Below, piece by piece: positions 14,360 to 27,164 of a stretch of 64,000 bases of DNA. Origin of the DNA: Eledone cirrhosa (Eukaryota); contig OZ024757.1 of assembly GCA_964016885.1 (NCBI GenBank), forward strand, positions 8,680,001 to 8,744,000, written 5' to 3'. The notes under the pieces are model-generated. The model had not been told where the DNA came from and searched no databases. It was given only the letters and a program-made list of their open reading frames with translations. The number at the start of each line of letters is the position of its first letter. Positions within the stretch are counted from its first letter, which is position 1. The translations under genes were made by a program, and so were the position numbers.

Positions 14360-16600
14360 TTTAACGCCATGCTAGCATGTGTCAGGCTAATTGCCCTATT
14401 GTGGGATCAGATGACTGTGTCTTGCTCATACAGAACTGTTTCTAGCTTGGTCTCTACGTCTTCCCTTTTAACGTCAACCACATTTTCAGTGTGGAGACTG
14501 AGTGTTTTTACCATGGCTCCAAAACGACAACTTTACAGAGTGAACTGGGCGCTTTTTGTCGTGTTACCAACGTGACCAGATGACAGTATGGAGTGGGCGC
14601 CTTTTGTCGTAGCACCAAAACGACCAAATTACAGTGTGGACTGGGAACGTTTTATCACGTCAACAACACGACCACTTTACTGTGTCGGCTCGACGGTTTT
14701 CATCTTGTCACCAAGTTTGGGGTGGGCGTATATTGTGGTGTCACCATCACGATAGTGGGGGCTAGACGTTTGTGTCGCTACCAAACCTACTCTACAGGGT
14801 GGACTGGGTTCTTTTGACATGGCCCCAACATGACCATCTTAAAGTACAGACTGGGTGTTCTTTGTTGTGTCACCAACCACCAGTCCACCCTACAGAGCAG
14901 ACCTGACTCCTTCTGTTGTGCCCCAACGTGACCCCTTACACTGGGTACTTATCATGTCATCAATGTGACCCCCTGGAGGGAGGACTCTATGCCCTTTTGT
15001 CATGTTATCTTACAGAGATTTTATTCGTAGCACCAATATGAGCCCCTAACATGATGGACTAGGGGACTTTTTCGTATCACCAGCATGACCCCTTTAGAGG
15101 GTGGACTGAGAACTTTTAGCCATTTCAGCAGCATTGTAGGAGAGTGTGGTCAGCTTTCAACACTTGTATACATGGGTTGGTCAAGAGGGGTGCATCAGAT
15201 GTGGAGAGTGTGGTGGGGATGGGGCGTGCATGTGTGTAGGGTGGGGATTGGAGGGGTATGTCTAGGGTGGGGTATTTAGCTGGTGAAGGGTGGAGTGTTA
15301 AGACGTGGGAGGAGTATGAAAGAGGAAGAGGTGGTGTATACTAGAAACCACTAGATGTTGCTTTATCCTGTGTACATAGGAAGGCAGGTCTTCTGCAGTA
15401 CAACAGAACTCCAGAGATCATCCATTGGGGGCATGTAAGCTTCATTTCTTTCCAATCTTTATAGGTCCTCTACACACAGAAACCAGGACTCAATACCATG
15501 CAGATTTGCTGTTCATATACACACATCAATCAATATGTCCTTCAGTATGAGTGGAAACAACTTTTGTAGCGAACAGCAGTAGCTCCCTGAACTTTCTCCA
15601 TCCAGTTCTCATTCTGGTAGCTGTATTTTCAGAACACCCACCACCACTGCTAATTTGGTCATCCAGGTAACAGAAGCTATTAACTGCTTCTACATAACTC
15701 TCACAGAATTTAATAGAGCTTGTTACCTGTCAGCATTCACTGCTTACTGCTCCTGGTCAGATATAAAACCTATGTACTTAGCTGGCCTACTTGAGATCTC
15801 ACTACATCTCTTGTGTCCCCATAGTATACATTTAGGACAGGGTGGAATTTCTACCTACCCTTTACATACACACTGAGTAAGGCCATTTCTCTGAGGAGAT
15901 CTGGACCTTGTTTTCTTTTCTACATACAAGGACTTTAGTCTTTGTCAATTTGAATTTAATACATTTTTATTCCAGATTGTGCTACCAGGTCAGAAATTTT
16001 TCTCTACTTCTGCCATATATTCAGCTATGATAGTTCAATCATCAACATACTGGATTTCCCAAGAACATCTTGTTTTAAATTATTCTGATATAGCCAGGTG
16101 GGCGATAATAAACAGGAGAAGGGCTAAGGACAGGGCCTTGATGGACCCCAACTTGCAAGTGAAACTCCTCACTATAGTCATTAATTTTAACCTTACTGAT
16201 ATCATCTGTATACATGGCTTATACCACCCTCTCAGATTATCCCATAGAACTTCCTAATTTACCTCTATACTATATGTCCCTAACTCCTCTTCCTTACTGT
16301 TTTAGATGTAATAGTAGGATGTCTCTGAATTTGTTACTTACAGAGAGTTACAGTTCTTCCTTCTCTAGACTGGGCCTCTTAACCCTTACTTTAGGGTCAC
16401 TGACAACTAGTATATGTTGGGAGGTACATTCTTCCCCAGGACAGGCATTACAACCATTTGCCTGTCCCGTTATCTGGAGGATAAAGTATATTTGGTTTGT
16501 ATGCCCCCCTGTGCCATATATCTAGCTTCCATATACACCAGGGAATTTGTCATGATGTTTCCCAACTCACTCTAACTACCTTCCTTACCTGGTCTACCTA
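14360..16600 (-). mobile_element. Highly degenerate RTE LINE with an expanded repetitive 3' UTR
   Basis: 15380-16250 is homologous to the RT/PHD region of 47520-48700, and 16370-16500 to the endonuclease end. 14440-15130 holds many decayed acagtgtggactggg modules. Confidence 0.7.
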
Positions 16601-17339
16601 TCAATATAAACATTAAGACAGGTATGTGGAATTACATACTCACAATTATCTCACGTTATTATGTGAATTTCATGAGTCGTTAGAATGTCTGATAGAATAC
16701 TTTGCAGTATTTGTTTCAGCTCTCTACTCTCTCAGTTCAAATCTCACCCAGGTCGACTTCTCCTTTCATCCATTTGAGGTCAATAAACAAAGGTACCAGT
16801 CTAATACTGGGGTCGACTCTTCCTCTTTATCTCTTTCTCATTCATTCTCAATAATTCTCTGGAAGAAATTTGCTGTATTCAGACCTGGAGAGGAGATGGG
16901 TCCTGGCAGGTTATATAATACCCTAGAAATAACCTATGTCAATAGGTTGCTACTACGACTCGCTCAGGAGTTACAGGTCCATTCATACATACTAGTAACA
17001 TCAGAGATAAATTGGAAGCCCATGCTTTACCCCAGGTGATGGAAGGACCCTCAATTACACACAGTACCAGGAAATGTTGCTGTTGACAAACAAATGGCAG
17101 ACACTTCTGGCATAGATTTAAAATTAATTCAAAAATTCAAGAATAGATCAGAGAAAGATTTTAATTTCAAATGAAAATATATTTGTAAAAATGGCCAGCA
17201 ATGTTTGGAGTGTATCAAACTGCCAAGTATTCACATTTGATATTGTTTGAAAATAAGTTTAGATTTGTAAGAGGAAGGATGTCTCATATTTCATAGTTAA
17301 AAACTTTCCTTCCTCTCTATGTTTGTGTCTAAATAACTG

Positions 17340-19130
17340 TTAGAGAAAAAACATTTCCCACATATTTCACTGTGTAAAAGGTTTTTCACAAGTGTGTTAT
17401 TTTGTGTTTATTATATTCACTGTTACTAATGAAAGATTCCCACATATTTCACAGTGATATGATTTCTCTCTAGTGTGTGTTAATTGTGTTTATTATATTC
17501 ACTGTTACTAATGAAAGATTCCCACATATTTCACAGTGATAGGGTTTCTCTCTAGTGTGTGTTATTTTGTGTTTATTATATTCACTGTTACTAATGAAAG
17601 ATTCCCACATATTTCACAGTGATAGGGTTTCTCTCCAGAGTGTGATATTTTGTGTCTATTATATTCACTGTTACTAATGAAAGATTCCCACATATTTCAC
17701 AGTGATAGGGTTTCTCTCCAGTGTGTGTTATTTTGTGTCTATTATATTCACTGTTACTAATGAAAGATTCCCACATATTTCACAGTGATAGGGTTTCTCT
17801 CTAGTGTATGTTATTTTGTGTTTATTATATTCACTGTTACTAATGAAAGATTCCCACATATTTCACAGTGATAGGGTTTCTCTCCAGTGTGTGTTATTTT
17901 GTGTCTATTATATTCACTGTTACTAATGAAAGATTCCCACATATTTCACAGTGATAGGGTTTCTCTCCAGTGTGTGTTATTTTGTGTATATTATATTCAC
18001 TGTTACTAATGAAAGATTCCCACATATTTCACAGTGATAGGGTTTCTCTCCAGAGTGTGTTATTTTGTGTTTATTATATTCACTGTTACTAATGAAAGAT
18101 TCCCACATATTTCACAGTGATAGGGTTTCTCTCCAGTGTGTGTTATTTTGTGTTTATTATATTCACTGTTACTAATGAAAGATTCCCACATATTTCACAG
18201 TGATAGGGTTTCTCTCTAGTGTGTGTTATTTTGTGTTTATTATATTCACTGTTACTAATCAAAGATTCCCACATATTTCACAGTGATAGGGTTTCTCTCT
18301 AGTGTGTGTTAATTGTGTTTATTATATTCACTGTTACTAATGAAAGATTCCCACATATTTCAGTGATAGGGTTTCTCTCCAGAGTGTGTTATTTTGTGTT
18401 TATTATATTCACTGTTACTAATGAAAGATTCCCACATATTTCACAGTGATAGGGTTTCTCTCTAGTGTGTGTTATTTTGTGTTTATTATATTCACTGTTA
18501 CTAATGAAAGATTCCCACATATTTCACAGTGATAGGGTTTCTCTCTAGTGTGTGTTATTTTGTGTTTATTATATTCACTGTTACTAATCAAAGATTCCCA
18601 CATATTTCACAGTGATAGGGTTTCTCTCTAGTGTGTGTTAATTGTGTTTATTATATTCACTGCTACTAATGAAAGATTCCCACATATTTCACAGTGATAG
18701 GGTTTCTCTCCAGAGTGTGTTATTTTGTGTTTATTATATTCACTGCTACTTATGAAAGATTCCCACATATTTCACAGTGATAGGGTTTCTCTCCAGAGTG
18801 TGTTATTTTGTGTTTATTATATTCACTGTTACTAATGAAAGATTCCCACATATTTCACAGTGATATGGTTTCTCTCTAGTGTGTGTTATTTTGTGTTTAT
18901 TATATTCACTGTTACTAATGAAAGATTCCCACATATTTCACAGTGATAGGGTTTCTCTCCAGTGTTGTTATTTTATGTTCAATTAAATGATTGTTCAGAA
19001 CAAAAGATTTCCCACATATTTTACATTGACAGACATTTTCTCCAGTGTGTGTTCCCGTGTGTACAGTTAAATTACTGTTAGAAGTAAAAGATTTCCCACA
19101 TATTTCATAATGGAAGTGTGTGTCTTTAGT
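17340..19130 (-). repeat. ZNF-3: 19 tandem copies of an 83-bp (1-nt deleted) C2H2 finger plus about 2 upstream fingers; pseudogene/satellite
   Basis: The (g/c)aaagattccc motif recurs from 17431 to 18920 at 81-83 bp spacing. The restored unit reads CEICG(K)[22 protein letters not shown]. Confidence 0.92.
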
Positions 19131-21818
19131 GTAATCTAATTTTATCTTGTCAGCTTTTATCATTTCATTGCAAGCTTTCCTAGGTCTTCCTATTTCATAG
19201 TTAACGACTTTGATGACCCTGTAGCCTTTTATACAGCTGTCATCTTCCATACACATCACATGTCCAAACCACCACCATCTCCTCCCCTCTACACTGTATC
19301 TGACCTCTCTTATACCTAGTTTCTCTCTCAGTTTATTAATGCTTGTTGTTCATGCACACTATTACACCTCTATCAGATCATGTAAACTTCATTTCTTTCC
19401 AGTCTTTATAGGTCCTCTGAATATATTGCCCTGGTCTCACTTCAATGTAACATTGCTGTTCGTACACAGACTTCATACAATCTGCCTTTCACTTTCAGGG
19501 GAAATCATTTTGTAGGCAGCAGTAGTAGTAGCTCTCTAAACTTTTTCCATCCCATTCTCACTCAGGCTACTGTACCTTCAGAACACCCACCTCCACTGTT
19601 AATTTGGTCATCTAGTTAATAGAAATTATGAACCAGTTTCTACAGAGCCTTCTGGATATTTAAACCAGCCATATCCAGCCAGAATACTCTCACATCTTTC
19701 TGTTCAAACCAGCCATAACTGGCCACTCATACCGACATTAAGGTATTGTTCTCAATATAAATAATATCAAAATCTCATAGATTCGATATTATGTGAGATA
19801 ATTATGTAAGATAAAGTATTTACCACAAAAATACAATAGTATATACAGAGTAATGTAAATGCTAAAAGGTTAAAGTAGCTTGTTTTTTGTGAGCTGTTGC
19901 TACTTATTGCTCTTGTGCATCAAGCACATACAAAATCTACATTCTTTTGCTAACCTTACTGAGATCCAACTACATCTCTTGTTTATCCATAGTTTGGAAT
20001 TCTTCCTTTAGACTGAGCAAGGCCATTTTCTTGAGGGGGTAAAGACCCTATTTTCCTTTCTATTTTGCCAAGTTAACTTTAAGACATTTTCATTCTAGGC
20101 CATGCTTCCAGGTTTGGAATTTCTCCTCTAATTTTACCATAGATTAAGGTACAAGGGTTCAATCATGTGCATACAGGAGTTCCCATGGACAGCCAGTCTT
20201 CAACTCTTATGTAATAGCCTGCAGGATGATAATAAACAGAAGAGGGTTAATAACAGAGCCCTGATAGACTTGCCCACTCAATTCTTCACTATAGCCATCA
20301 TTACTTTTAACCTTACTGACTGCTCCTCCATACATGGCTTTTACTGCTCTCACAAGCCACTCATATACCCCTAGTTTTCTAAGTTATACACCAGATTAGG
20401 GAACGGGGAAGTCTCACAGAAGCTCTCTCTGGGTCAACAAATGCCAAGTAGAGGGGCTTATTTTAGCTAGGTACTGCTCTTGCAGTTACCACACAAGGAA
20501 GAGGACATCAGTGGTACTTTTACCTGGCACAAATCCAAACTTCATCTCATCTAGGTTAACTTGGTCCCTAATCAGCTGTGTTATAACTCTAACACTTTCA
20601 TGAAGTGGTCCATCTAATATTTCTATAGTTTTCTAGCTCTAGTACATCTCCTTTGCCCTTGTAGCAGTTGATGATGATGATACTACACCATTTATTTGGT
20701 ATGACACCATTTTGTATTACATGCTGTACGATACCAGTGGTTAAGATGTGACCCACCACCCCAGATACTTTCAGTATCTCAGCAACTATCACCAACGGAC
20801 AAGATACTTTCTCTGTCTTCATATCGTTAATTACCTTACTACGCTACTGCTTACTTGTATGGCTGGACCCTCTGTTGGGCCCACTTTCTGTAGACTATCT
20901 TCCTCCCATGCATTCTCCTCATTCAGTAATCTTTCATAAAGGCATTTCCATGTTACAAAGATTGGCTGAAAAGTTCATAGACTATCAATGATAGCATGAT
21001 GCTAGAGCTGTGAAATCTTGCCTGCATTCATTTCAACTCTTCTTATTAATAACTGCATTGTTTCCTTCCAGGGACTATGTTGAAAAATAAACTTCATTTG
21101 GTCATTCCATGAGAGTATCTTGGTCTGCCTATGAACTTTTCAGCTGACTCTATTCAGGGAGTGCAAATGCCCCATTATCATCCTGGACACACTTTACCCC
21201 AACATCACAATTTGCCCTCACACACTGCCTCACAATCCTGAACATCTCATGTATTTCATCCTCACATCATAAAACCAGCTGAAATTATATATTCTCTGCT
21301 TCCCTCCTTGCAAAGAATACTTCTTGCCTAGCTTCCTGGTAGTGTACCCTCCAGCTTCCCCCATTCTGCCATTATTCCATGCCTGTCTCTTGGCCTTAAC
21401 TGTCTCATCTACCCTAGTGTTTCACCACCAAGATACTCTCCTCTCTGAAGCCCTGCTCCAGCCACAGATCTAGTTTGACACCTTCAGCAAAGTTTCTCTC
21501 AGGAACTCCCACTGTTCCCCTATATTGTATGTTTCTATTTGTCCTTCCTTACTGTTGTAAAGATCAAACAAAATATCTCTAAATCTAGAACTTGCTGAGG
21601 GGTCCTTTAACTTCCATATCCTTCTCTTCCAGGTTGCATTCAGTCTTCAAGTTAATCTAAATCTATGAAGTCACTAACTACTGGGTTATGTTGGGAGGTG
21701 CATTCTTCCCCAAGGGGTGGGGATTGTGTGTTTACAAAAGTCATTATCTCATCTTCTGGTGAGGATAAAAATCTGACTGGCATGCTCACCTGATCAATAG
21801 GTGTTGAACTGGTTGTCG

Positions 21819-21820
<2 letters not shown>
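19130..21820 (-). mobile_element. Degenerate RTE LINE lacking its 3' UTR, fused to ZNF-3, with nested MITEs
   Basis: RT remnants in ORF 20598..20822 and the N-terminal half of 18915..19259. Paralogous to 27630-29745. Confidence 0.85.
20954..21152. mobile_element. Tc1/mariner-type MITE inserted in an RTE (partial copies at 29430-29588 and 7530-7590)
   Basis: Inverted termini ggctgaaaagttcatag / ctatgaacttttcagct with TA dinucleotides near both ends; interrupts the RTE sequence. Confidence 0.6.
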
Positions 21821-21866
<46 letters not shown>

Positions 21867-23652
21867 CTAGCAGTGATACCCGGCGTTGCACGGGATAAGG
21901 TATATTGGAACGCGGGCCGCCAACAGACCTAATCGTGGAAAAACTGCATGCCTGGACAATATGTAAAGAAAATAAACCGAATACTCTGATGGCTGGATAA
22001 TCTTTAAGATCTTCCTCGATGAAGCAGGAAAAATGCAGGTTTTCACCTAATGCGGGGGCCCTAGGGGATCAAGAAAAAATTTTTTTTTATGTGTATAATA
22101 TGCCTTGAAATTTCGAGAAAAGCGGCTATACGTAACACCTTCAAAAAGCTCTAAAAAGCTGAAAAAATTAAGTTTTTCACCCTAGACCATAAAAAAGTTG
22201 GATTTTCTTTGCTCGCGGTATGAAGAAGAGATTGACATAGTTACAATTTCAAGGAAATCGCTCTGACGTAACGACTCAAAAAACTCCGTAAAAATCTGAA
22301 AAACCACAGTTTTTCACGTAATGCGGGCCTTATGGGATCAAAAAGTTGAATTTTACACATGTAAAGTTTGAAAAAAGTCGGTTGGGTACGTCTCAAGTTT
22401 TAGGGATTCGAACTCACAGACACACAGACACACACACACACACACACACAAACACACATATACAGACAGACATCCTCAGGGAAGTGACGTAATGCAGACA
22501 GTCAGACATACAGACAAATATTATAAGGGCGCGACGTTATATGTTTGTATCTATCTAAAAAGAGAAAGACTAAGAATTATAGAGAGAGATCGCTAAATCG
22601 CCTAATGCGGTCCCTAGGGCTTTTAAAATTTGAAATTTGTTTTGCTCAGAACACTCCCTGAAACATAAGTATTACATGTGTAAAGTTTGAAAACAGTCGG
22701 TTTCGTGCTTCTCGAGTTTTAGCGATTCAAACTCACACACACACAGACAGACAACCTCAGTTTTATATATATACTAGCAGTGGTACCCGGCGTTGCACGG
22801 GATAAGGTATTTTGGAACGCGGGCCCCCAACAGACCTAATCGTGGAAAAACTGCTTGCCTGGACAATATGTAAAGAAAATAAACCGAATACTCTGATGGC
22901 TGGATAATCTTTAAGATCTTCCTTGATGAACCAGGTAAAATGCAGGTTTTCACCTAATGCGGGCCCTAGGGAATCAAGAAAATGAATATTTTTTATGTGC
23001 ATAATATGCCTTGAAATCTCGGGAAAATCGGCTAGACCTAACGCCTCCAAGAAGCCATAAGAGGCTGAAAAAATGAAGTTTTTCACCTAATGCGGACCCT
23101 AGGCCATAATAGAGTTGGATTTTCTTTGCTTACGGTATGAAGAAGAGACTGACTAACACATAGTTACAATTTCAAGGAAATCGGTCTGACGTAGTGCTAC
23201 AAAAAAAACCTAAAAATGTTAAAAAACGCAGTTGAATTTTTTTATGTGAATAACATTCCCTGAAACATAAATAATACACATGTAAAGTTTGAAAAAATCG
23301 GTTGGGTACTTCTCGAGTTTTAGGGATTCAAACTCACAGACACACACTCACACACACACAGATAGACATCCTCAGGGAAGTGATGTAATGCAGACAGTCA
23401 AACATACAGATAGATATTATAAGGGCGCGACGTTATATGTATGTATCTATCTAAAATAAGAAATACTAAGAATTATAGAGAGAGATCGCTAAATCGCCTA
23501 ATGCGGTCCCTAGGGCATTGAAAATTCGAAATTCCTTTTTGCTCAGAACACTCCCTGAAACAAGTATTACATGTGTAAAGTTTGAAAACAGTCGGTTGGG
23601 TGGTTCTCAAGTTTTAGGGATTCAAACTCACACACACAGACAGACATCCTCA

Positions 23653-23665
<13 letters not shown>
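21867..23665 (-). mobile_element. Two head-to-tail non-autonomous Helitrons (~900 bp each)
   Basis: Minus-strand 3' ends: hairpin CCCGTGCAACGCCGGG, about 8 nt, then CTAG|T at 21867-21870 and 22774-22777. 5' ends read TATATATAAAACTGAGG. No TSD; embedded in (TA)n. Confidence 0.75.
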
Positions 23666-23710
<45 letters not shown>

Positions 23711-23769
23711 AAAGTTCTATTTATGGTTGCATTTAATAGGGTACGTCAAAATTATTTATAAAACTGTTT

Positions 23770-23834
23770 ATATATGTCTGATGAAGGCATACCATATTTT
23801 AATTTGGTATCCCTGAAATATGTATAATGAAATA
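23770..23834 (+). ncRNA. Hammerhead motif (family A), with a partly decayed stem I
   Basis: CTGATGA AGGcATACCA-tattttaatt-TGGTATcCCT GAAA T ATGT A TA ATGAAATA. Confidence 0.55.
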
Positions 23835-23874
23835 AATATGGTTTTATAAATATAGTTTCCATTTATTAATATCG

Positions 23875-23933
<59 letters not shown>

Positions 23934-24492
23934 GAGTAGACACACAATGACAGACAGAATCAGTATTTCATTTATGGACCTCAAAATATAGAAGCAGCTT
24001 CACCTCAGTGGGATTTTTACTCTGAGAGCTAAAGCAGACACTGAACATATATCCAGATGTGCACACATCTATATAAGAACACATATATAAATATACACAT
24101 ATGTACACACACATACACATATTTATACACACGTAATTATACTCACATAAAGATATACATATACACAAATGAAGATACAATCATTTTTCGCATGTGGAGC
24201 GTACTTCATCTTTATACTGTATATGTGTGTGTGTATATGTGTATATTTATGAGTGTATGTATGTACGTATTTGTATGAGTGGCCGTATGTATGTATGTCT
24301 ATGTTTGTGTCTACGTGCGTTTATATGTATGTGTATACGCATGTATATGCGTATTTGTGTGTATATATATATATGGATATGTGTGTGTATGTGTATTTTT
24401 GTGTATTTATATATATATATTTGACGCTATAGTCACTTATATATTATGGAATACTGTTGGCTTCTTGCTACAATAATTTCTATACTTTTCAT

Positions 24493-24523
<31 letters not shown>

Positions 24524-24605
24524 GTTATATTTAAAATTGTTGGGTTACAACTAGTAAATATTTATAACTGATATAAAAGCACTCGACAAATATTTGGAGT
24601 ATATT

Positions 24606-24987
24606 TACAATATTAAATAAATGGAAAACTATATTTATAAAACCATATTTATTTCATTATATATATTTCGGGGATATCATATTAACAATATATTATGCCT
24701 TCATCAGACAAAATACAATATAAACAGTTTTATAGATAAATATATTCGACATACCGTAATAAACATCAACTTCATTTGAAGAGGTTTACTCTAGCAGTAA
24801 ACTGCTAGAGTAAACCTCTTCAAATGAAGTTGATGTTTATTACGGTATGTCGAATATATTTATCTATAAAACTGTTTATATTGTATTTTGTCTGATGAAG
24901 GCATAACATATTGTTAATATGATATCCCCGAAATATATATAATGAAATAAATATGGCTTTATAAATATAGTTTTCCATTTATTTAAT

Positions 24988-24993
<6 letters not shown>
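24606..24993. repeat. Near-perfect palindrome (193-bp arms, 2-nt loop at 24799-24800) of Penelope-like family A, with a hammerhead in each arm
   Basis: ctagcagt-aa-actgctag centre; only 2 mismatches seen. Hammerheads at 24884-24949 (+) and 24650-24715 (-). Confidence 0.9.
24884..24949 (+). ncRNA. Minimal type-I hammerhead motif (family A)
   Basis: TATTTTGT CTGATGA [imperfect stem II] GAAA T ATAT A TA ATGAAATA. Stem I is 8 bp with two G-U pairs; triplet AUA. Confidence 0.65.
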
Positions 24994-25037
<44 letters not shown>

Positions 25038-25238
25038 ATAACAATAAAATGTTAAAGGTAATCCGATAAGAGTCTACGAAAACGTCTCATGGACAGTTTA
25101 AGAACACGGTAGTATGGGACTCAACAAGATGTTTACTTTGGGGACAATTGTGCTTGTCTTCCTATGTAAATATATCTTGGAGTAATAACAAAGTTAAGAA
25201 TAACATGGTTGACAAAACAATCAAGGGTATTTAATTAT

Positions 25239-25343
25239 AGTCTTACAATTGTTTCCATGGTGGAATTGTCTATAAATTACTAATACTGCAGAAGTATAAA
25301 TCAACTTACAATACATTTAAATCAAACCATTTCATCAGAAACT
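25239..25343 (-). ncRNA. Hammerhead motif (family B, long loop II) within element 25066-25384
   Basis: Reverse complement of 30948-31052. Confidence 0.6.
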
Positions 25344-25384
25344 CTTAATAAATATAAAATATATGCCTAACGGTAAACTTAAAA

Positions 25385-27028
25385 GCACTACAACGGAATT
25401 GGCTGTCAGAAGTGAAAGTAGAAGAATGTGACGTCATTCGTCAACCTTCGTTTATTTCCGTATCACCACGAGTTTATTAAAGTTTATTTACGTTAGCGTA
25501 GTAATCAATGAAAATATATATATTTCGCTCTGTATATCAAATTAGAAAACAAGTTAGCGTAATCGATTTGTTTTCAAATGAAAATACTTTTATATATTTC
25601 AATAATGTTTCAATAGCATGGATACAGTAAAGTGAGTAGATTTGCAAACACATCGATTACGCTAACACCACCAATGCAGACTCTCACACAATCCCCACCA
25701 CCATCATGTGTAAATAAATAAACTTTGAAATCACCACGTTCATGTAAAACTTGGTTTTTCACTTTGGGATAATACACGTATTTGCAAGTTGAAAAATATG
25801 AATTCTACATTATACCCCAGGGTGGAGTTAATCATCGCCATATTTCCATCGCTACCCCTACTACAGCAGATACCATTAATTGGTTGAACAAACATGGGCT
25901 CCTGAATACTGAAAAGGTCTGCCCTTCATGTGGTGAACGTATGATGGAAGTAGCGAAAACAAATGTGCCAGATGTAATAATCTGACCATGTGGAAGCCAT
26001 GTAGAAACATGGAGTCGATTAGAAAAGGCAGCGAATGTGGCTGTAGCAGATTGGAGAAAGTTTTGCCGTGATATCGATCTGCTTTATTATTATTTCCTTG
26101 GCTAAGTTAATATCTAAGTTTTTGCTTACACGTTAATTACAATTGTAACAGCTAGTCTAGTTTTTAATACACATGTTAAATAAGATTGTATATTATCGTT
26201 TTGTTTTAATTGTACCATAACTCTGGAAAAGTAGCTGGTTATTTGGTACCCATTGGACATACGAGAAGCTGTTATAATTATTAAACTACGGATGTTGAAT
26301 TTATTTTCTTAATCCTGTATGTTATTAAAAGGTTCCCGAGTAGTACAGTAAATTAAAGCCTTTACAAACGGAACTAAGCAATGAAAGTATTTTTAATAAG
26401 TGTATCTCATCGTAAACGTATCTCTTAGAAATTCATAAATGGCTGTGTAAACCCTTACACTTTAAAACAACATTACAAACCAATTATGTGGTCATTGAAG
26501 TTGCTAGAAATAGCAGGTAAATCTTATACCCTCTACCACATTAAAGAAAGAACGAAAACGGGAGTAACTGGTTAATATTTATTGAAATATTCGAAGTGTT
26601 ACTGCTTGGGACCTGATAAAAAGGAAATTATAGAGAATTTTAAATATTTCAATGTCTGCCAGTATTACAAATCAAGGTTATCTTGTAGTTACCCGCGTTA
26701 AATTGTTTTTCTTTAAGAAAGTCGGTAGTGTCGGCCCCCTGAACTTCATTTGTTTTCTAACTTGATAACTATGACTATGAAATAAAACGCGTGGTGATAT
26801 GGAAACAAATCGAAAACAAATCGATTACGCTAAACGTAAATAAACATAAATAAGTTGCAAATACGTGTATTATCCCAAAGTGAAAAACCAAGTTTTACAT
26901 CAACGTGGTGATTTCAAAGTTTATTTATTTACACATGGTGGTGGTGGGGATACGGAAATAAACGAAGGTTGACGAATGACGTCACATTCTTCTACTTTCA
27001 CTTCTGACAGCCAATTCCGTTGTAGTGC
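25385..27028 (+). mobile_element. Internally deleted Merlin/IS1595-like DNA transposon with long inverted termini
   Basis: ~80-bp TIR gcactacaacggaattggctgtcagaagtg... at 25385 and 26949-27028, plus an inner IR at 25692-25787 / 26855-26950. Peptides WLNKHGLLNTEKVCPSCGERM and VADWRKFCRDI resemble the Merlin transposase N-terminus. No TSD seen. Confidence 0.6.
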
Positions 27029-27164
27029 GATATATAAACATGATGGTCACGGCTGGAACAACATTAATTATAGGTCTGCTCAATCATACTAACATGGGAT
27101 TTAAATTGAGCAAAGTTGGAGTTGTCTCCCTTGGTACTTTACTACGTTACGTTTGTTTATATAT

